Shown here piece after piece: positions 38,079 through 48,496 of a stretch of DNA of 64,000 nucleotides. Origin of the DNA: Desulfuromonas sp. (lineage in GTDB: Bacteria > Desulfobacterota > Desulfuromonadia > Desulfuromonadales > Geopsychrobacteraceae). The DNA is taken from contig PKUC01000022.1 in NCBI GenBank assembly GCA_002868865.1, forward strand, positions 74,019 to 138,018, written 5' to 3'. Within the stretch, counting starts at the first letter, position 1. Each line of letters begins with the position of its first letter. A program made the translations under genes and the position numbers. The notes below the pieces were generated by a model. That model saw only the letters and a list, made by a program, of their open reading frames with translations. It made no database searches and was not told the DNA's origin.

Positions 38079-38627
38079 CTACCAGACGATATCGATGATC
38101 CCCAGGGTCATCAACGCACCGCCGCCTACGGCAAGGCCGCTGTGACTCGACTCTTTCCCGTCGTCGGCGATCGCGACGCCGGTGGTCAACAGCACCGCCC
38201 CGAGGGTTCCCATAGCGATATGCAGGTTGTCTCGCGTGAAGAGCCCCTCGGACAGATCGAACCGGTGGCCATGACCCGCCATCCCGGTCACCACGGTGCT
38301 GAGAGCTCCCGCCGCCGTCGCATAAGCCAGTGACTCGTGCAGGCTTTCATTCGACTTGGTTGCTGCCGTCGTACCGGCCAGCAGAACCGTACCGTAGCCC
38401 AGGTATTTGTGCCAGCGCTGCAGTGACGATCCGCTTTGAACTGTTTTTTTCGCCACCGGCTGCCCCTCGCCAGTCGCCATCGCCAGCATCGACAGCTGAT
38501 CGTCCGTAGCCTGCTGGGAATGGAACGAAAAATCTCCGTGATGATGACCGCAATCCGCCCAGCTGTTTCCGGCCAACAGACAGAGCAGCATCAAGCAGGC
38601 CGCTCCAACGCGACAATAACGCACCAT
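38079..38627 (-). CDS. His-rich membrane protein, function unknown
   Basis: ATG at 38627 lies 5 nt after GGAGG. Signal/TM segment, CGHHHGD, then three Gly/Ala-rich hydrophobic segments. Downstream of mltA on the same strand. Confidence 0.5.
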   Translation of the reverse strand: MVRYCRVGAACLMLLCLLAGNSWADCGHHHGDFSFHSQQATDDQLSMLAMATGEGQPVAKKTVQSGSSLQRWHKYLGYGTVLLAGTTAATKSNESLHESLAYATAAGALSTVVTGMAGHGHRFDLSEGLFTRDNLHIAMGTLGAVLLTTGVAIADDGKESSHSGLAVGGGALMTLGIIDIVW

Positions 38628-38659
38628 ACAAGCCTCCATAAAATGAGAAAAACGACGGT

Positions 38660-39802
38660 CTAGCGGGCCGCCACAATGTCATCGCGGGGCAACAAAACCC
38701 ACATCCGCCCCGGCTGTTTCATCCGACCGGCGATCGCACCGGCTTCGCTGCCCATTCCCCAGAAAAAATCGGCCCGCACCCGGCCCTTGATTGCGCCGCC
38801 GACATCCTGCGCCACCATCAGACGCCGCAACGGATCGTCACTGCCGGGCCAGTTGGTCGCCAGAAAAACCGGCGCCCCTAACGGAACCGTGCGGCGATCA
38901 ACCGCGAGACTGCGCTCTGCGGTCAGCGAAATCCCCAACGCCCCCAGCGGGGACTCGATGCCCGGCTCCAGTTCGCGAAAAAACACGTAGCTGGGGTTCT
39001 CTTCCAGCAGCTCTTGCCCGGCTTCAGGGTTCTCTGCCACCCAGCGGCGGATGTTCTGCATCGACATCTGATTGCGAGTCATCGCCTGGCGCTCCAACAG
39101 CAGCCGACCGATCGACTGATACCGATGACCGTTCTGATTGGCGTAGTTGACCATCACCCGCTCGCCGTCCGGCAGTCGGATCCGACCGGAGCCCTGGATC
39201 TGCAGAAAGAACAGATCGACGGGGTCCTCGACCCAAAACAGCTCATTGCCGGCCAGCGGCTGCTCTCCATTGTCGATCTGCGCCCGATCGAAATAGGGCA
39301 CGACCCGATTGCCCTCCAGTCGTCCGCGCAGACGCATATGTTTCAGATCGGGATAAATGTCGTCCAGATCGACGATCAGCAGATCGTCCGGCTGACGGTA
39401 GAGGGGATAACGAAAGCGCTCAGTGGGGACCCGGCTGCCTGCCAGCTCCGGGGCATAGTACCCGGTAATGGTTCCCGAGACGCTGCCGTCTTCGTTCTGA
39501 ATCCTGTGTGGAACAAAATTGGCTTCAAAAAACTGACGGGCGCGCTGTTCATCACCGCTCGGCTCCCAGAGCGCGGCATCGCAGGCAGGTTGCCACTCCG
39601 GTTTCCGCCCGATCGCCTGGCAGCTGTGGATAAAGGTCTCCAGCGCCGCCGCCGGTGTACTTTCCTGCCAGTCGGGCAGCTCGTTCCACGCCACCGGCAC
39701 CAGCGCGTCAATCGGTTCCGGCGTCGGTTCAGGCACAGGCTGCGGAGCCATACAGGCCATCAGCATCAGCAACGTAAGAGCGGAGATAAAAAACCGGATC
39801 AT
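38660..39802 (-). CDS. mltA: Membrane-bound lytic murein transglycosylase A
   Basis: Lipoprotein-like signal (LLMLMACMAP). MltA and 3D-domain motifs (TGYYAPEL, GRLLLERQ, DVGGAIKG). Confidence 0.85.
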   Translation of the reverse strand: MIRFFISALTLLMLMACMAPQPVPEPTPEPIDALVPVAWNELPDWQESTPAAALETFIHSCQAIGRKPEWQPACDAALWEPSGDEQRARQFFEANFVPHRIQNEDGSVSGTITGYYAPELAGSRVPTERFRYPLYRQPDDLLIVDLDDIYPDLKHMRLRGRLEGNRVVPYFDRAQIDNGEQPLAGNELFWVEDPVDLFFLQIQGSGRIRLPDGERVMVNYANQNGHRYQSIGRLLLERQAMTRNQMSMQNIRRWVAENPEAGQELLEENPSYVFFRELEPGIESPLGALGISLTAERSLAVDRRTVPLGAPVFLATNWPGSDDPLRRLMVAQDVGGAIKGRVRADFFWGMGSEAGAIAGRMKQPGRMWVLLPRDDIVAAR

Positions 39803-39818
39803 AAATCCCTCCCCGGAA

Positions 39819-42014
39819 TCAGAACATGTCGACAGGATCGATATCGACCGCCAGTGCAACCCCCTGCGGGAGCTGACCGCGAACAGCTTCGAGGATTGTC
39901 AGCAAGTGGCGCAACGGAGCGCGCTGCGCCGCCTTCAACAGAATTTGGCAGCGTGTTTTGCCACGCAGCCGCACCAGAGGGCAAGGGCTGGGGCCGAGCA
40001 CCTCGACATCGCCGGCATGCTGCTCGAGGGTGCCTCCCAGACGAGCCGCCGCGCCGAACACGCGTCCTTCATCATTACCGGAAAGGACAAGGTTGACAAG
40101 GTGACCGCAGGGGGGATAACCCAGTTCACGGCGAAAATCCAGCTCCTGTTCGTAGAACCCACGATAGTCCTGTCGCGATGCACAATCAAGAGCATAATGA
40201 TCGGTACTGTAGGTCTGGATCAGCACCCGCCCTCCACCAGCGCGCCCCGCCCGCCCCGCCACCTGAGTCAAGAGCGAAAAGGTCCGCTCAGCGCTGCGAA
40301 AGTCGGGAAGATTGAGGGTGCCGTCTGCGGCGAGCACACCAACCAGCGTGACTCCGGGAAAATCGTGTCCCTTGGCGATCATCTGCGTACCCACCAGGAT
40401 ATCGAGCCTGCGCTCCATCATCTGGGTCATCAGACGCTGATGGATCCCTTTACGGCTTGTGGTATCCCGATCCATCCGCGCGATCCGAGCCTGCGGGAAC
40501 AGTTCAGACAATTCCTGCTCCAGTCGCTCGGTGCCAGCCCCTTCAGGCTCTATATTCAATCCGGCACATTGAGGGCAAGCCTCTGCCGGTGCTTCAAAAT
40601 AATCGCAGTAGTGACAGCGCAGCCGCGCTTCGCGCTGATGAAAGGTCAGGGTAATTTCACAGTTCGGACAGCGAAAGCTGGTTCCGCAATCGGCACAGAG
40701 CAGAAAGGGTGCGAACCCCCGTCGATTCAACAGCAGCAGCGCCTGCTGCTGCGCCTCTAGGGTCTGCTGCAGGGCATCAACCAGCGGCTCCGACAGAATC
40801 GACTCCTGTGTTTTTCCGCTGAGGTCAATCAATTCCACCTGCGGCAGGTCTCCGTCATGGGCGCGGCGCGTCAGCGACAGACGGGTCATCTGCTGCTGTT
40901 CGGTCCGGTAGTAACTGCCCAGCGAAGGCGTGGCGCTGCCGAGCACCACGGGACAATCGAGCTGCTGGCCGCGCACCAGCGCCAGATCCCGGGCGCTGTA
41001 GCGAAACCCTTCGCCCTGCTTGTAGCTGCTCTCGTGCTCTTCGTCGACAACGATAAGGCCGAGGGATGAAAGCGGCGCGAATATCGCCGAGCGCGCCCCG
41101 ATAACGATATCGACCTCGCCGCGGGTTATCCGCCGCCAGGCATCGTAACGCTCGCCATCCGACAGCCCGCTGTGAAGCACGGCGATACGCCGCTCCGAAG
41201 GCTCAAACCGCGCTCGGAAGCGGGCCACCAGTTGAGGAGTCAGGGCGATTTCCGGCACCAGCACCATCCCCTGGCGACCGGCACGCAGGGTCGCGTCGAT
41301 AGCGTGCAGGTAGACCTCGGTCTTGCCGCTGCCGGTCACACCGTGCAAAAGAAAGGACTGAAAGCGGTCCGCATCGATCACCGTGGCAATCTGCTGCAGA
41401 GCGTCCTGCTGCTGCGTATTTAATGAGACGGGACGATCGGACGGCACCGCTTCACTGAAAAACGGATCGCGCTGTTTTTCCTTCTCTTCCACTGCGAGAA
41501 ACCCGAGCTCGACCAGCCGACTCAGTGGCGCGTGGGGTGCTGAAAAACAGCGCCGCAGTGCACTCAGAGACATTTCACCCTGCTGCTGAACGGCGTCCAC
41601 GATCTCCTGCTGTTTACGCCCGCGCGGGGCCTGCCCGGTCGGTACTGCACGGTAGACCGGCTCGGTGAGGATCGCAACCCGCTGCACCTCGCTGCTCAGC
41701 CCGCCGGGGAGCGCCGTCTTGATGACCTGTCCCAACGGATGCTGGTAATACTCAGCCGCCCAGCGCAAAAAACGACACAAGGCGCTGTCGAACAGAGGTT
41801 CCTCATCGAGCAGTTCTCCGACAGGCTTGAGCCCCTTGGGATCACCGCGGCGTAAGCCGACAACAAAACCGACCGATCGCCGCCGCCCCAGAGAAACCCG
41901 TACCCGCAACCCCACCGCCATCGTACCCTCCATCGCCGACTCGACCCGATACGAAAAGGTTTTTTTCAGCGGTGCAGTCACCGCAATTTCGGCAATCAAG
42001 CTTTGCATGGGCAT
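39819..42014 (-). CDS. priA: Primosomal replication restart helicase PriA
   Basis: Walker A GVTGSGKTEVY, DEEH box, and Cys-rich zinc region (CADCGTSFRCPNC...CHYC...CPQC). Confidence 0.95.
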   Translation of the reverse strand: MPMQSLIAEIAVTAPLKKTFSYRVESAMEGTMAVGLRVRVSLGRRRSVGFVVGLRRGDPKGLKPVGELLDEEPLFDSALCRFLRWAAEYYQHPLGQVIKTALPGGLSSEVQRVAILTEPVYRAVPTGQAPRGRKQQEIVDAVQQQGEMSLSALRRCFSAPHAPLSRLVELGFLAVEEKEKQRDPFFSEAVPSDRPVSLNTQQQDALQQIATVIDADRFQSFLLHGVTGSGKTEVYLHAIDATLRAGRQGMVLVPEIALTPQLVARFRARFEPSERRIAVLHSGLSDGERYDAWRRITRGEVDIVIGARSAIFAPLSSLGLIVVDEEHESSYKQGEGFRYSARDLALVRGQQLDCPVVLGSATPSLGSYYRTEQQQMTRLSLTRRAHDGDLPQVELIDLSGKTQESILSEPLVDALQQTLEAQQQALLLLNRRGFAPFLLCADCGTSFRCPNCEITLTFHQREARLRCHYCDYFEAPAEACPQCAGLNIEPEGAGTERLEQELSELFPQARIARMDRDTTSRKGIHQRLMTQMMERRLDILVGTQMIAKGHDFPGVTLVGVLAADGTLNLPDFRSAERTFSLLTQVAGRAGRAGGGRVLIQTYSTDHYALDCASRQDYRGFYEQELDFRRELGYPPCGHLVNLVLSGNDEGRVFGAAARLGGTLEQHAGDVEVLGPSPCPLVRLRGKTRCQILLKAAQRAPLRHLLTILEAVRGQLPQGVALAVDIDPVDMF

Positions 42015-42267
42015 CTCAAAAGATTTAAAAAGCAGAAGGACGGAACGCCAGCATCATGGGCAGGGCGAACGGTGAAAATGCTAGCACGACAGGCATTCTG
42101 TCCCGCAGAAAAAAACGCAGCAGGATTTCACCTCACCCCATTTTTCAACACTGTCGTTACCACAAAAATTTCCGCAAAGGTGTACTCAAACTGATCCAGT
42201 CAGCCCTTCAGCCGTATCGGTGCGCCTCCGCACACCCTTCATCAAAGGCTCGGACATGCCCTCCTCG

Positions 42268-42305
42268 AAAAAACAACACCCCGACGGGCCGCTGACCTGT
42301 CGGGG
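42268..42305 (-). terminator. Rho-independent terminator of fprA
   Basis: On the minus strand: CCCCGACAGG-TCAGCGG-CCCGTCGGGG-TGTTGTTTTTT. Confidence 0.8.
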
Positions 42306-42335
42306 CGCTGTGTCCAGCCTCTGTGTAAACGTAGA

Positions 42336-43538
42336 TTACTCTTCGCAAAGAACCGTACTGGCGACCTTTTCGGCAAACGAACGGCAACTCTCCATGTTTT
42401 CAGCGGTTGGCGTAAAACGGAACGATATGCCATCGGCAGCCAGTTTATACTTCAGGCCAATCAGCCGCTGCTCAACCATCTTCACCGCTTCACCACTCCA
42501 GCCGAACGAACCGAACACTGCGCCGAGCTTGGCTTTTGGCGTCACTGACGAAATCAGCGACAGGGCGTGCCAGACATGCGGCGGAGCATCGCGCTGAATC
42601 GTCGGTGTTCCAATCAACAGCACATCCGCATGTTCGAGAGCATCGCGGTAATCGTCATCCCGCATATCGCTGAGGGCAAAAGTCGTGACGTCCAGTCCCT
42701 GCGCAAACAGTTCTGTTTCTATCACCTTGGCCATGTCACGGGTGTTGCCATGGGATGAGAGCACAGCCATCAGGACCTTGGGCCGGCCGGTATCGGACGG
42801 GGCTGCACACCAGCGAGCGTAGGATTCGATAGCAAACTGACCGGACGAACGCCGAATGGGGCCATGCGACGGGCAGACCATTTTGATCGGCAGTCCCTCA
42901 CACTTTGCTAAAGCATCGCGCACCTTGTCCTTAAATGGTCGTACGATGCAGTCAAAATAGAAGTGAAAGTCGGCGTAGAACTCGTTGATCTCGTCATCGA
43001 ACAACATGTCAGGACAGTAGTGAGCACCAAAGGCATCACAGGAGAACAGCAGCTCTTCTTCGACCAGATAGGTAAAGATGGTGTCCGGCCAGTGTAGGTA
43101 GGGCGCGATGATAAAACGGAGTCTCTTACCGCCGAGGTCGATCTCGTCGCCATCGTTGACGATAACGGCATTAAAGGACCGATTGAGCAGCTGCTTCAGA
43201 AAATTTTCGGCCGCCTTGCTGCAGTAGATCTGCACATCGGGATTCTTCTCGAGGATATGGGCCACCGCGCCGGAATGATCCGGTTCGGTGTGGTTGACCA
43301 CAACAATATCGACCTTGGCCGGATCGATATGCTCACCGACCTTGGCAAAAAACTCATCGGCAAAAGGCGCCTTCACGGTATCGATCAGCGCGGTCTTTTC
43401 GCTGCCCTGAATCAGATAAGAATTATAGGTTGTGCCATTCCGGGTCGGAAACAGATCATCAAAAACCTTGAGGTCCGGATGCCGCACACCGACCCAGTGC
43501 ACACCATCAACAATCTGAATACTGGTATTCATCGTCAC
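42336..43538 (-). CDS. fprA: FprA-type flavodiiron protein (rubredoxin:oxygen/NO oxidoreductase family)
   Basis: Metallo-beta-lactamase-like N-domain (NHTEPDHSG) with a C-terminal flavodoxin domain (VLSSHGNT). Confidence 0.9.
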   Translation of the reverse strand: MTMNTSIQIVDGVHWVGVRHPDLKVFDDLFPTRNGTTYNSYLIQGSEKTALIDTVKAPFADEFFAKVGEHIDPAKVDIVVVNHTEPDHSGAVAHILEKNPDVQIYCSKAAENFLKQLLNRSFNAVIVNDGDEIDLGGKRLRFIIAPYLHWPDTIFTYLVEEELLFSCDAFGAHYCPDMLFDDEINEFYADFHFYFDCIVRPFKDKVRDALAKCEGLPIKMVCPSHGPIRRSSGQFAIESYARWCAAPSDTGRPKVLMAVLSSHGNTRDMAKVIETELFAQGLDVTTFALSDMRDDDYRDALEHADVLLIGTPTIQRDAPPHVWHALSLISSVTPKAKLGAVFGSFGWSGEAVKMVEQRLIGLKYKLAADGISFRFTPTAENMESCRSFAEKVASTVLCEE

Positions 43539-43602
43539 ATCTCCACTGGCTCAAATTGAAACATTTTTGGTTATCTATACTACACTGAACGGGATGACAA
43601 AT

Positions 43603-44631
43603 CTATCCCTGCGGCGCGCCAAGATGAGCCAGACAGCTCCCCAACTGTTGCAGGTCGGCCATCAGCCGGCTAAAGTCATCCGGTGTCAGGCTCTGAGCCC
43701 CGTCACAGAGCGCTTTTTCCGGTTCGGGGTGCATCTCGACCATCAGACCGTGGGTTCCGGCCACCAATGCTGCGCGCGCCATGATCGGCACCAGAAACCG
43801 CTTGCCGGTGGCGTGGCTGGGATCGACAATAATCGGCAGGTGGCTCATGTTACGAATCATCGGCACCACCGAGAGGTCCAGAGTGTTGCGGGTGGCCTTT
43901 TCGAAAGTCCGGATGCCCCGCTCGCAAAGAATGACCCGTCCGTTCCCCTCGGCAAGGATATATTCGGCCGCGGCCAGAAACTCTTCAAGAGTGGCGCTCA
44001 TTCCCCTTTTCAACAGCACCGGGTGATCGAGCTTGCCGACCTCTTTGAGCAGATCGAAATTCTGCATATTGCGGGCGCCGATCTGCAAAATATCCGCATA
44101 ACGGCAAACGTCATCCAGCTGCCCGATCCGCATCACCTCGGTGACCACCGGCAGCCCGACTTCATCTCCGGCCTGTCGGAGATATTTCAGGCCCGGTACC
44201 CCCAGCCCCTGAAACGAATGAGGCCCGGTGCGCGGCTTGAACGCTCCACCCCGCAAAATATGTCCACCGGCCGCCTTGACTTGGCGGGCGGCGGTCAGCA
44301 TCTGTTCTTCGGATTCGATCGAGCAGGGACCCGCCATCATCACCGGAGGTTGACCATCGCCGATCTTGATGCCCGCCACTTCAACCACCGTCGACACCGG
44401 ATGAAAATCACGCGACACCAGCTTATAAGGCTTACTGACATGGATGACCTCGCGCACTCCGGGCAATTCACGAATCGTGCTGTCATCGACATAACCCTGA
44501 TTATCGAGAACCCCGATGGCGGTCCGCTCGCCACCGGGAATCGGTTCGGCCCGCAACCCCATCACTTCTACGGCACTGCGCACCGCCTGAATCTGTTCAT
44601 CGGTGGCATTTTGGTGCATGACAATCAGCAT
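43603..44631 (-). CDS. 3-deoxy-7-phosphoheptulonate (DAHP) synthase, type I-beta with N-terminal ferredoxin-like regulatory domain
   Basis: MLIVMH...ATDEQIQAV regulatory domain, then the KDO8P/DAHPS-I-beta core (AGPCSIES, RGGAFKPRT, VDPSHATG). Confidence 0.9.
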   Translation of the reverse strand: MLIVMHQNATDEQIQAVRSAVEVMGLRAEPIPGGERTAIGVLDNQGYVDDSTIRELPGVREVIHVSKPYKLVSRDFHPVSTVVEVAGIKIGDGQPPVMMAGPCSIESEEQMLTAARQVKAAGGHILRGGAFKPRTGPHSFQGLGVPGLKYLRQAGDEVGLPVVTEVMRIGQLDDVCRYADILQIGARNMQNFDLLKEVGKLDHPVLLKRGMSATLEEFLAAAEYILAEGNGRVILCERGIRTFEKATRNTLDLSVVPMIRNMSHLPIIVDPSHATGKRFLVPIMARAALVAGTHGLMVEMHPEPEKALCDGAQSLTPDDFSRLMADLQQLGSCLAHLGAPQG

Positions 44632-44685
44632 GGCTGTTCTCCTTTATCTTTCGTGTCACCCCGGCTTGCGGCGGGGTTGGGGCCT

Positions 44686-45840
44686 TTAAAGGCCGCGCTC
44701 CCGCAAATAAACCGCAATCCGATTGAGCGCTTCGTCGATCTTCTCCAACGGGCTGGCGTAGGAGAAGCGCAGATACCCTTCGGCACCCTGGCCGAAGTCA
44801 ATACCCGGCGTAACCGCGACCCCGGTCTTTTCCAGGATATCGAGGGCCAGCGCCTTGGAATCAGCCGAAATGTGACGGGCATCGGCGAGGACATAAAACG
44901 CCCCCTGTGGCGTGAACCGGACCCCAAGTCCCAGCTCGCGCAATCGCTCCACCAGCCGCACACGACGCTGATTGTAGCGCTCGCGCATTCGTGTCACATC
45001 GGCTTCACAGCGCTGCAGAGCAGCCACCCCACCCAGTTGAACAAAATGGTTGGCGCAGATCATAAAGTTCTGATGCATGGTCTGCAGCGGACGGATACAA
45101 CTCTCCGGCGCAATCAGAAAACCGAGACGCCAGCCGGTCATCGCGTAGGCCTTGGAAAATCCGCCGAGCACAAAGGCCTGATCGGTATACTCCAAAATCG
45201 AGTGTTCCTCTCCCTCGTAGGTCAGACCATGATAAATCTCATCGGAGATGATCGGAATCGGCAGGGTCGTCAACTGCTGCAATTGCGCGCCACTGAGCAC
45301 CGAGCCCGCCGGGTTGGACGGCGAGTTGATCAGAAGGCACCGGCTGCGATCGGTCAGCGCCTGCTCGACCTGCTCCTTCTGTGGCTGAAAACCGTCCTCT
45401 TCACGGGTGCGCAGCATCTGTGGCGTGCCACCGGCAAATTCGACAAAATTGGGGTAACAGGCATAACCGGGATCGGGCAGGATGACCTCATCTCCGGCTT
45501 CGAGGAGCAGGGAGAACAGCAGCAGCATCAACGGGCTGGTGCCGGACGAAACCAGAATACGCTCCGGTGCCACAGCGACGCCATAGCGCCTCCGGTAATG
45601 TGCCGCAATCTCGTTGCGCAACTCGGGCAGGCCGAGGCTGTGGGTATAGGAGGTCGCGCCCTGCTGCAGAGCATCGACCGTTGTCTCCACCACCGCGTCG
45701 GGAGTCGCGAAGTCAGGTTCGCCCAAACACAAATAGAGGATATCGCGCCCGCCGGCCTCGAGCTGTTTGGCGCGCTCCATAATTTCCATCGCCAGAAAAG
45801 GTGTCACTTGAGCACTGCGGCGGGAAATGGGAATCATCAT
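44686..45840 (-). CDS. PLP-dependent aminotransferase, class I (aspartate/aromatic type)
   Basis: LCLGEPDF, NSPSNPAG and SKAYAMTGWRLG (PLP lysine). Confidence 0.9.
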   Translation of the reverse strand: MMIPISRRSAQVTPFLAMEIMERAKQLEAGGRDILYLCLGEPDFATPDAVVETTVDALQQGATSYTHSLGLPELRNEIAAHYRRRYGVAVAPERILVSSGTSPLMLLLFSLLLEAGDEVILPDPGYACYPNFVEFAGGTPQMLRTREEDGFQPQKEQVEQALTDRSRCLLINSPSNPAGSVLSGAQLQQLTTLPIPIISDEIYHGLTYEGEEHSILEYTDQAFVLGGFSKAYAMTGWRLGFLIAPESCIRPLQTMHQNFMICANHFVQLGGVAALQRCEADVTRMRERYNQRRVRLVERLRELGLGVRFTPQGAFYVLADARHISADSKALALDILEKTGVAVTPGIDFGQGAEGYLRFSYASPLEKIDEALNRIAVYLRERGL

Positions 45841-46028
45841 AAATCCTGCGTCTCCTTGGAAAAGATCGAAACAGCTTAATCTTCACCCCGTTCGATTGCA
45901 ACCCTCTTCGCCCGCAAACCCACTGCGACCGCCGCTCGTCCGCTGACAACGTCACACCATTGCAAAACAGCAAAACTCTGGGTACAGTGTGCACGCAGCC
46001 CACGAGCCGGCGTCCCAAAGGAGACAGG

Positions 46029-46361
46029 ATGCGATTTCACCAGCCGACAATCACTCTCTGCATGATCTTGCTGTGTACCACAATGCCTGTGCAGGCCGAA
46101 AACCCCGAGACCAGGGCGCGCAAACTGCTCAACGAACTCGGCTGCAAAGCCTGTCACAGCTTTGAGAACAGCGGCTCTACCCTCGCAGCAGGACTTGAAC
46201 AGATCGGCAACCGACTGAACACCGACCAGGTCCGTAAACGGCTGACAGAACACAGCGGGCAGAACGACACTCAATTTATGCCCAGCTACGCGACAACCCC
46301 CGCGGACGATATCGATGCGCTGGCCAATCTGATCGCCGGTCTTCGGCAGGTCCGTCCTTAA
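46029..46361 (+). CDS. Periplasmic monoheme c-type cytochrome
   Basis: Signal peptide, a single CKACH heme motif, and a downstream FMPSY candidate Met ligand. GGAGA 6 nt upstream. Confidence 0.7.
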   Translation: MRFHQPTITLCMILLCTTMPVQAENPETRARKLLNELGCKACHSFENSGSTLAAGLEQIGNRLNTDQVRKRLTEHSGQNDTQFMPSYATTPADDIDALANLIAGLRQVRP

Positions 46362-46390
46362 AAACGTACGAGAAAAAGAGAACCCAACAG

Positions 46391-47086
46391 ATGACCCAGA
46401 CCATGAAGCTGATCACCTCGCCGGTCTTCATCCCCGAAGCACTGGCCGTCAAGGAAGGGCAGATCGCCTCCCTGTTTCCGCACCAACAACCACTGTCCTT
46501 AGAGATCGGCTGCGGCGTCGGTGACTTTATCGTCCAGCTTGCGAAGCGACACCCCCAGCGCAATTTTATCGTCACCGATATCTTTAATCAGGGCTGCCTG
46601 CGAACCTGCACACGGGTCGACGAGGCGGGACTGACCAACATCCGCGTTATGCGCTGTGAGGCCCGCTTCCTGATGACCCACCTGATCCGTGCAGGGGAAC
46701 TGGACGCGATCTACGTCAACTGTCCCGATCCCTGGCCCAAAAAACGGCACCGCAAACGGAGGCTGGTCAACCACGAATTTCTGCAACTGGCCCTTCACAC
46801 CCTGAAACCGGGCGGAGAGTTTCACTTTAGCACCGACTTTGTCGACTACGGCGTCTCGGTCGGCGAGCTGCTCGATGCGGAGCCCGGCTTCGCAAACCTG
46901 CAGAGCACGCCCTACAGCCATGAGCTCGGCGATTACCCCATCTCCAAGTACATGCGCCGTTTTCTTGACCGCGGCCAACCGATCTACTACAGCCGCTTTG
47001 AGCGCCGCGCGGACTACCAGTTGAAAACCACCCCAGAGATCCAACGCGGCTTCCGCTCACGCTGGGTCGGACGCGATCCGAAATGA
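46391..47086 (+). CDS. trmB: tRNA (guanine-N7)-methyltransferase
   Basis: LEIGCGVGDF SAM motif and DPWPKKRHRKRR motif. Confidence 0.9.
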   Translation: MTQTMKLITSPVFIPEALAVKEGQIASLFPHQQPLSLEIGCGVGDFIVQLAKRHPQRNFIVTDIFNQGCLRTCTRVDEAGLTNIRVMRCEARFLMTHLIRAGELDAIYVNCPDPWPKKRHRKRRLVNHEFLQLALHTLKPGGEFHFSTDFVDYGVSVGELLDAEPGFANLQSTPYSHELGDYPISKYMRRFLDRGQPIYYSRFERRADYQLKTTPEIQRGFRSRWVGRDPK

Positions 47087-48270
47087 CCTTTTTGACCGCC
47101 GGCCTCCCCGGGACCGGTGGAGTCTACAAACAGTACGCGGAGGACTTTGAGGTCGAAGAGATCCCGCTCTATCCCTGTAGTGGCGCGGGAGAACATCTCT
47201 ATCTGTGGATTGAAAAAAAGGGGATCACCACGCGCGACCTGATCCATCAGATGGCCACCGGCCTCAAACTGAAGGACCGGGACATCGGCTATGCCGGCCT
47301 CAAGGACGCCCGCGCTGTCACCCGTCAGTTCCTGTCGGTACCATCACGGACCGAAGCAAGCCTTGCCCGGTTGAGACTGAACCACGCCACGATTCTGTCG
47401 ACAGCCCGCCACGGCAATAAACTGCGCCTCGGACATCTGGCCGGCAACCGCTTTTCGATCTGTCTGCGCAACACCCACCCCGAGGCCGTGGCCCGGGCCA
47501 AACGTATCTTCGCAGTACTGGAAAAACAGGGCGTCCCAAACCGCTTTGGCGAACAACGCTACGGCAGCCTCAACAACTCACACCGGCTCGGCAAACGGCT
47601 GCTGCAGAAACAGTATGACCTCTTCTGCCGTGAACTGATCGGCGATCCCCAGGCGGTTCATGATCCCCAGTGGCGACAGGCAGCCCGGGCCTTTCGCGCT
47701 GGCGACCTGAAACAGGCCCGGCAACTGCTCCCCACCAGAATGCGCGACGAACACCGTCTGCTGCAGATGCTGGACGCTGGAAAAACCGCCGCAGCTGCGG
47801 TCCTCGCCCTACCGCGACCACTACTGCGCCTGTTGCTATCGGCCTATCAGTCCGACCTGTTCGACACCCTGCTGAAACAGCGTCTGCCCCATCTTGGACT
47901 CATCGAACCGGGCGACATCGCCTTTAAGCACATCAACGGCGCCTGCTTTCAGGTCGAAGATGCGCCACGTGAACAGTCGCGTGCCGATCAATTCGAGATC
48001 AGCCCCACAGCGCCTCTATTTGGACACAAGGTTCTGCTGGCCGACAAAAACCCAGGCGTACGGGAACGGACACTGCTCGACCTGGAGCAGCTCACCCTCG
48101 CTGACTGGCACGGGATCAGTGGGCTCACTATGCCCGGCGAACGACGCCCACTGCGCGTCCCCCTCGGGTCGCCACAGGCCACCCCCCTGCCGACGGGACT
48201 GAAACTGAGTTTCGCCCTGCCCAAAGGGAGCTACGCCACCTCCGTCCTCACTGAAATCATAAAGAATTAA
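47083..48270 (+). CDS. truD: tRNA pseudouridine(13) synthase
   Basis: EDFEVEEIP, GEHLYLWIEK and YAGLKDARAVTRQ (catalytic Asp). ATGA overlap with trmB. Confidence 0.9.
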   Translation: MTFLTAGLPGTGGVYKQYAEDFEVEEIPLYPCSGAGEHLYLWIEKKGITTRDLIHQMATGLKLKDRDIGYAGLKDARAVTRQFLSVPSRTEASLARLRLNHATILSTARHGNKLRLGHLAGNRFSICLRNTHPEAVARAKRIFAVLEKQGVPNRFGEQRYGSLNNSHRLGKRLLQKQYDLFCRELIGDPQAVHDPQWRQAARAFRAGDLKQARQLLPTRMRDEHRLLQMLDAGKTAAAAVLALPRPLLRLLLSAYQSDLFDTLLKQRLPHLGLIEPGDIAFKHINGACFQVEDAPREQSRADQFEISPTAPLFGHKVLLADKNPGVRERTLLDLEQLTLADWHGISGLTMPGERRPLRVPLGSPQATPLPTGLKLSFALPKGSYATSVLTEIIKN

Positions 48271-48422
48271 GCTGAGCTGCAACATCGTTCGCGGCCATTT
48301 CAGCGCAGCGCACCCACCACTTTTTCGTCAGCGCAAAAACAATCCATTTGACAAACAAATAACACTGTTCTATTTTTTTTAAAAAAATCGCGAGTCCCAC
48401 TCGGGAAGACGGCGTCTTCATG

Positions 48423-48451
48423 TTGACAGATTCACACACGGGGTATAGAAT
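48423..48451 (+). promoter_or_regulatory. Sigma-70 promoter upstream of iclR
   Basis: TTGACA, 17-nt spacer, TAGAAT. A CACGA-A-TCGTG palindrome (48452-48462) lies immediately downstream. Confidence 0.55.
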
Positions 48452-48496
48452 CACGAATCGTGTATTTTACTAGAATTCCGGAAGGCTACAAAGATC

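Noticed and set aside
42015-42267. A 250-nt non-coding gap between the fprA terminator and priA, containing a 20-codon ORF (MSEPLMKGVRRRTDTAEGLTGSV) and small hairpins.
   Set aside because: The AGGAGG is only 2 nt from that ATG, and the peptide has no features. The hairpins are only 5 bp. This is most simply the priA promoter region.
43567-45879. A 770-codon ORF on the plus strand spanning the DAHP synthase gene, the aminotransferase gene and the gap between them.
   Set aside because: It is entirely antisense to two genes with unmistakable family motifs. Its translation is low-complexity (Arg/His/Gln/Gly-rich) with no recognisable motif, and it has no SD. This is the typical shadow frame of a high-GC genome. 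Only ribosome profiling or proteomics could rescue it.
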